DNA from: Trichoplax sp. H2
Taxonomy: Eukaryota
Direction: 5' to 3'
Assembly: GCA_003344405.1 (NCBI GenBank)
Contig: NOWV01000131.1
Coordinates: forward strand, 1 to 64,000
DNA: 64,000 nt
In this document: in pieces, positions 58,224-64,000 of the stretch
Layout: each line of letters opens with the position of its first letter
How positions within the stretch are numbered: the stretch's first letter is position 1
Translations under genes and position numbers: made by a program
Notes under the pieces: generated by a model
Told to the model about the DNA's origin: nothing
The model's database searches: none
Seen by the model: the letters and a program-made list of their open reading frames with translations, nothing else

Positions 58224-61200
58224 CTAATCTTTCGGGCTTAATTCCATTTCTTCTTCACTATTATATACTCGTTTGTTTAGACGAAAGTAAGCTTCTATCT
58301 CTTCTAAAGATTTCCCCTTCGTTTCTGGAAGTGCATAATAGACATAAATAACTGCAATGATTGAAAATACGGCATAGAGCCAGAAGGTACCGTATATTTC
58401 CATCGTTTTTGTCATTTTATCATAAAAATAAGTTACTATAAATGCTGTCAACCAATTTGCTATCATAGCTAAGCCACTACCAACTGATCTTATGCGAATA
58501 GGTAAAAGTTCAGACATGCTTAAAAATGGCACAGCTCCCCAACCTAAACCGAATGATACTAAGATAATTGCAACGGTAGCAACAGCAAGCCAGCGGAGAT
58601 CTCCTGCTGCCTCAGAAATAATCATTAAATGATAAATACCAAAACAAAAATGACCTACGGCCATACCAAGACCAGATGTAATTAGCATTTTCCTGCGACC
58701 AAAGTAATCAACCGTGTATAGGGTTGATATCGTCGATAGAAGTAGTCCACCGACCAAGATAACGCTAATCTAGATAGATAAACCGATAATGTAAAACGAT
58801 GAGTATTTCACAAGCATTTCCAAAGAACATCGTACAGCCTTGAAAGGGCTCTTTGCTGGTTAAAATAAAGATTTAGCCAATACATAAGCTAGGTAGCACA
58901 CCCTCGGATACAGTCAATATCATTACCTCATTTTATCTGTATACTAACGAATTTCTATATCTATTGCAAATTTTTTTAACATCTTTAACTATGTACTCTA
59001 TTCGGGATACGGTATATAGACCGAAAGAAGAGCTCTACCTGGTTTAAAGATAAAGGGATAGTACTATAGTACCTCCGTTGCACATATTCTGTTACTAATG
59101 GAAATGCTTATTCGCTATCAAGAATTCGCCATTTACACTTAAATGACGAATTGACCTGACTACTCATTCGCTATTCTGCATTTCTAGTCAATATCGAAAT
59201 ATATACCATCAGATTTCAATATACTGTAATCAAAGCAATTGAGAGAGAAGCATATTATATATGATAAATATTATAAAATATGCTACGGCTAGCAAAATAA
59301 TATCAGTCACTTGAACCTTGGTATCAATACTAATAATAGAATAAATGCCATAAAATCTACTGCAGCTATGAGATATGTAGCTATTTGTGCTAAATTAATG
59401 AGCTGATAAGAGAAATAGATACGGTATAAATTTCCTTTGGTCTATGATATACATTAAAAGTAATCATTTATGCTCAGAATCACATAATTAAAGAGTTAAT
59501 ACGTATAGCTATAAGAGACTTTCAATACCTGCATTATAAATTATACTAATAAAAGAAACAGATATCACAAGATCTACCTCTACGCTTACGATATCTAATA
59601 AAAGAAATAAACTTTATGAAATTTTTTGTAATCGTAAGACCCTTTAAGATATATATGTTAACAAAAGCTATTAATATACTAAGAATGTTAGGAGGCTTTA
59701 ACTCGTAAATCCTTTGAAAAATAAGCTGCATTGATTTTTATTCGATATATCTACTTGCAGCGCATAGTAGTTATTCTATATACTACTACTATAAGGCAAA
59801 TCTACGAAATCTACTGAATATTGCGGAAACTTGCTTATTAATAGCAAATAAATCTTACGCAAAGGAATCAAAAATGAGATATCCACTCTTAAAATAGAGT
59901 AGTAGTGGCATAGCAATAGCAATTGGATCTTACAAATGGCAATCAGAAATTAAATTTCCAATCTTAAAGTATTAACGAGATATAAAATAGGGCATAGCTA
60001 ATATGAATCATTTGTGATGGTAACTGATTGTGAATATAAAAAGAGCAGGGAAATTTAATTGTTGCATAAATGACTGTAAACACTACCTCATAGCCTGCGG
60101 AAATTCCAGTTCTTTGAATAATTGAGACACCATAAAAAATGAAAATATTGATTCCCGACGTTTGCTGTAGTATCATTAACATAATGGATATCATAAGAGG
60201 CTTTAATACTGCTGGCTGACGTAACTCAGAACATTTTAATTTTTGATTATCGTTAAGACTCTGATCGATTGCTTGTAATTCAGGTCGAATATCTTGATCA
60301 TCTCCGCGTAGCCATCTAGTAATATTCCAAATAGAAAATGGCAATGTATCGTTAGTAAAGGGAGATACAGTATTCATCAAGAAGATCAAATTTTAACCAA
60401 GAGCTGGGGTATACAGCTACAAATAACCATTATTCGTTGTTGATAGTTCTATATTAATAAACTAGCTCGAGAGTTTCGATATTTGTAATGAGCATTACGG
60501 AATTGATATTAGATTGCTTATTATACATCATTTTGAAGTACAAGTCAAATATAATGGCTTATAAACGATTTGAACTTGAGTAACATAGGAACTCAGCCGT
60601 TTGTGAAGAAGTTATAAGCTATATCCCAGATAGGTAATTTAATCACAAAATTCTATAATATAATTATATCATGGAACTGTCTTACTTAAGCGCATAAAAT
60701 GCTTGGTAGGTTCGACCCTGTGATAATAACCATCTTGGTGTTTCAGGCAAAAACGCCATAGCGATGGATAAGATAGTTAATAGTACGACACTAACTAACG
60801 CCAAGTAATTCCAGTTAAGAATTAGTGAGAGAAGAACGCATAAAAAGTTACCACAAATAGCGGCTAAAAATGTTGCTGAAACTAGTCGCCCACGAATAGA
60901 TGGAGAACAGGTTTCTGCCACATAAATCTTAAAATAAAATAGGATTATAAACATCAGTAATATGACGCTAATCAATCTTATAAAGTCTTCAACTTCTTTT
61001 GCTAATTGAATTATAGTCGTTTATACATTAAAGTCTACATTTAAAAATTATCGCAAGAATCACAACGTAGAGCACTGAAAGTTAAACCAAATACAACGAC
61101 AAAAACAATGTAATTACCATAAATCTCTAGTACATGAATCTTAAAAAATGAATAAAATGATTTCGAAATTTCCAATCAAGTTAGAAAAATCAAATTTATA

Positions 61201-62543
61201 CACTCTTTCACTTCTTACTAACTCAATTTACATTCACTTATAGTATGGTTATGAAGAAATCATTACAATTTCAAAATTAGGCTTAAACCCAGAGTGCTTG
61301 AGTTAAGTATCATAATCACAAACAGGAATCGATTAATGCCAACATCAGTATTACTTACTGGTGCAGCCATCGCTGCTAGAATAGCTCCAATGCCGGTAAA
61401 TGTACGACCAATGATTAAATAAATTTTGTTTGGTCCATACATAATAAAACACCAACCTAAAACAAACGGAGCTGAGCAAACAACTAAAGTTGATCTTCTG
61501 CCCAAGTAACGAAGGAATAAACTGCCGATAATACCACCAATGATGCCACCAACGGAAAATAATGACTAAATGATGTAGATTTAATGTTTGATAAGTGCTG
61601 AATTATCAAGAACGGCACAAGCAGAATTTACTTTACATAGATTTAATTGAACAGATATCAAGTAGATGCTTTAATTAAAAAGTGAATTACTTTTGTCTAC
61701 TATCCAGTTGTCAGGACAAAATAGTAAACGTGCAATGAACTTTAGACCGATTTTAAATCTATAGACTGTAATTAACCTTGGATAGCTTTATTTCTATGAA
61801 TATTAAGTCAATTACTGTTACATGAAATAATGCAAGCTCGAATAATATCCTGTATTGAATTGTGAGGTAAAAAAGGGCACAAGTATACTTTGCCTTGGAT
61901 AGATTTAAAGGCATTGGACGTCAAGAGAATATTATTAACAGCAAATAAGATGATTCATATTCTTATACTATTCCGAATTGAATCGGCCATCTTAATGTGT
62001 ATACGTAGATTTAGTTAAATAAATGTCAATTAGGCTATCTCGAAATAAAAATAATTTGCTCAATTCTATCCAGTATCTACCTACAAGGTAGAATGGGCAA
62101 AAGTATAGATACTTTCGACAGATTTATTTCATCGAGTAATTCATGATCGTATACTACGGTCCTTGCGCTATTTGTGGCATTGCCTATGGTCTACTAGACG
62201 AAGATCTATATACACATATATAAATCGGTGCAAAGTGTATTATACTTGCACCATTTTCGCCATGCTATCGCATACAGAATATCGGTATAATATACTTTCG
62301 ACAAATTATGGAGAAATGAAAACAAGGATTGTAAAGCAATAAGACTACAGATTCTTCACTTACCCCAAATAAGCTAACATCCAAATTGGTCAAGTATCGA
62401 TCGCCTAAGAGTTTATTTTGCAATTGTGGAGTGGCTTGCGATGAATATTGCGTAGCAAATCCGAAATTAACGTTGGCAATGCAAGCAATTGATGTGACTA
62501 GAATTTGTTGAGCTATTCCACGTGATAATTTCTCTTTACTCAT
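58224..62543 (-). CDS. MFS sugar porter, GLUT8/SLC2A8-Tret1-like facilitated hexose/trehalose transporter (5 exons)
   Basis: MSKEKLSRG..FGFATQYSS, LGRRSTL..GRTFTGIG, YVAETCSPSIRGRL, LPETPRWLL, LQQTSGINIFIFY, VDYFGRRKML, FGLGWGAVPFLSMSELLP..R, NWLTAF, LPETKGKSLEEIE (sugar-porter signature motifs). Confidence 0.92.
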
Positions 62544-64000
62544 AATTGATCTTCTGTAGGATGATATCTCTTCAATAAAATGATAATGGATTGCTAGAAA
62601 TAAATTACTAGTGTTGGCTTTTATTCTTGATTTCTTTCGTAATCAGGATAGTGCCAGCAGAATCTGAAATGAAGCAAAAGAAAATGATAGGAAATTTTAA
62701 ATATCCTATCCCATTTTCGGTGGTAATTTTTATCTACTTTCTCTACCCTATTCATTCACTATCACTTAAAATCAAATGATTTAGACGAGCAAAGGAGAAC
62801 TACAAGTATCTTCATCACCCGTAGTTCCACATTTACAATATCAAGAAGAAAGTGTCGACAATAGATTGAATACTTTAAGGATTATATTCTTAAGTTACTA
62901 GACATCATTACACAGTTAAAAGCAAGAGCAATTCATCCTTCTATTAGATATACCCAACTGCTAGAGGATAATCCCATTTACTGCACCTTTATCATGTCTT
63001 ATTTCATGCTACTACCACATAGATAATTTGATTGAATACTTTAACGATTACATTCTTCAATCACGAATAAAAATCAAAAGCAAAAGTAATTTGCTCTTTT
63101 CTATCAAATCTACCCGACTGCTAGAAGGGTATTTCTATTTGCATCTTACCTTATTGGGGCTACTACCAAATCAATAATTTGATAGATTAAAGCAGAGAAA
63201 GCTGAATGTATTTTGTTCAAAGTTTTGTTCCAAAATATCATACCAGACACTTATCTGAAGATATCGATTGAATATTTCTACAACGTTATTTTTAGCTACT
63301 TTAAATCTAGCCATCAATAGCTTAAGTTTACTCTAGGTATTATCATTGCTTTACATTTAAACCACTCATCAAGATCGTTATTGTATAACGAGAGAAAGGA
63401 ATGCTGCAGTTGAACTAGTAAACACTGATTTAGGTATGAGAAACTTGATTTAGCCTCAAGGTAAAGCACCTTATTCTAGAGTTTCTTACTGAATAATAGG
63501 AATAAAGAGTATGATGACGAAATAATCATGACTAAGCTAAATTGGCTTGTTAACTAAAAAGGCCATCTCCTAAACATGGTCATAGCGAGATGATATTGAG
63601 AATACTAAATAAGCTGAAGTCTTTCAGAACTTGGTCATGAAAATGATCATGTTCTACAATAATAATCAATTATTTACGATCTTTTAGAACATAGTCAGGA
63701 AGCGATCAAGTTGAAGAGTTATTTAATAGACCAAATGTTTTATGTAATGGATGGAAAAATTCTTTCAGAACATCATCATAAAACGATCATGATAAAAAAT
63801 GACTTAACAAGCCAAAAATATCCCGAGTAATAAATAAGAAAACTCTTTCATAACAATTGAAGAACCATTTAATAAGCCAAAATATCCTGCGTAATAAGTT
63901 AAAAAAAGTCTTTTTAACAGGACCATAAAATAATCATACTGAATAAATAGCTAGAATTCTTTGAACATGGTCACAAAACGACCATATTGAAGAATTATTT

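Overview
AT-rich, intron-dense eukaryotic (animal-type) genomic DNA with short GT-AG introns. The compact architecture and gene content suggest an early-branching metazoan such as a placozoan (Trichoplax-like); this is inference and cannot be confirmed from the window. Genes in order: peroxisomal acyl-CoA oxidase (+, ends in SKL), Ku80/XRCC5 (+, with a minor-spliceosome-type intron), a 3-exon tandem hotdog-fold acyl-thioesterase-like gene (-), EF1-alpha copy 1 (+), adenosine deaminase copy 1 (-), AP-5 sigma subunit AP5S1 (+, largely missed by the ORF track), ADA copy 2 (-), EF1-alpha copy 2 (+), an ADA pseudogene spanning assembly gaps (-), ADA copy 3 (+) and a GLUT8/Tret1-like sugar transporter (-). 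The most interesting item is an unannotated ~150-nt structured RNA gene at 6096-6244 (-). It has a type-3 RNA polymerase III layout (PSE-like element at -66, TATA at -31, T6 terminator), matches none of U6, U6atac, RNase P/MRP, 7SL or tRNA-Sec, and resembles vault and Y/stem-bulge RNAs in architecture. Other highlights: an ADA paralogue with the conserved (T/S)DD active-site motif changed to CDC, a co-duplicated EF1A-ADA cassette, a 260-bp fold-back downstream of EF1A-2, and a GC-rich 7-copy array just upstream of EF1A-1. All exon models were read by eye and some internal boundaries are approximate.
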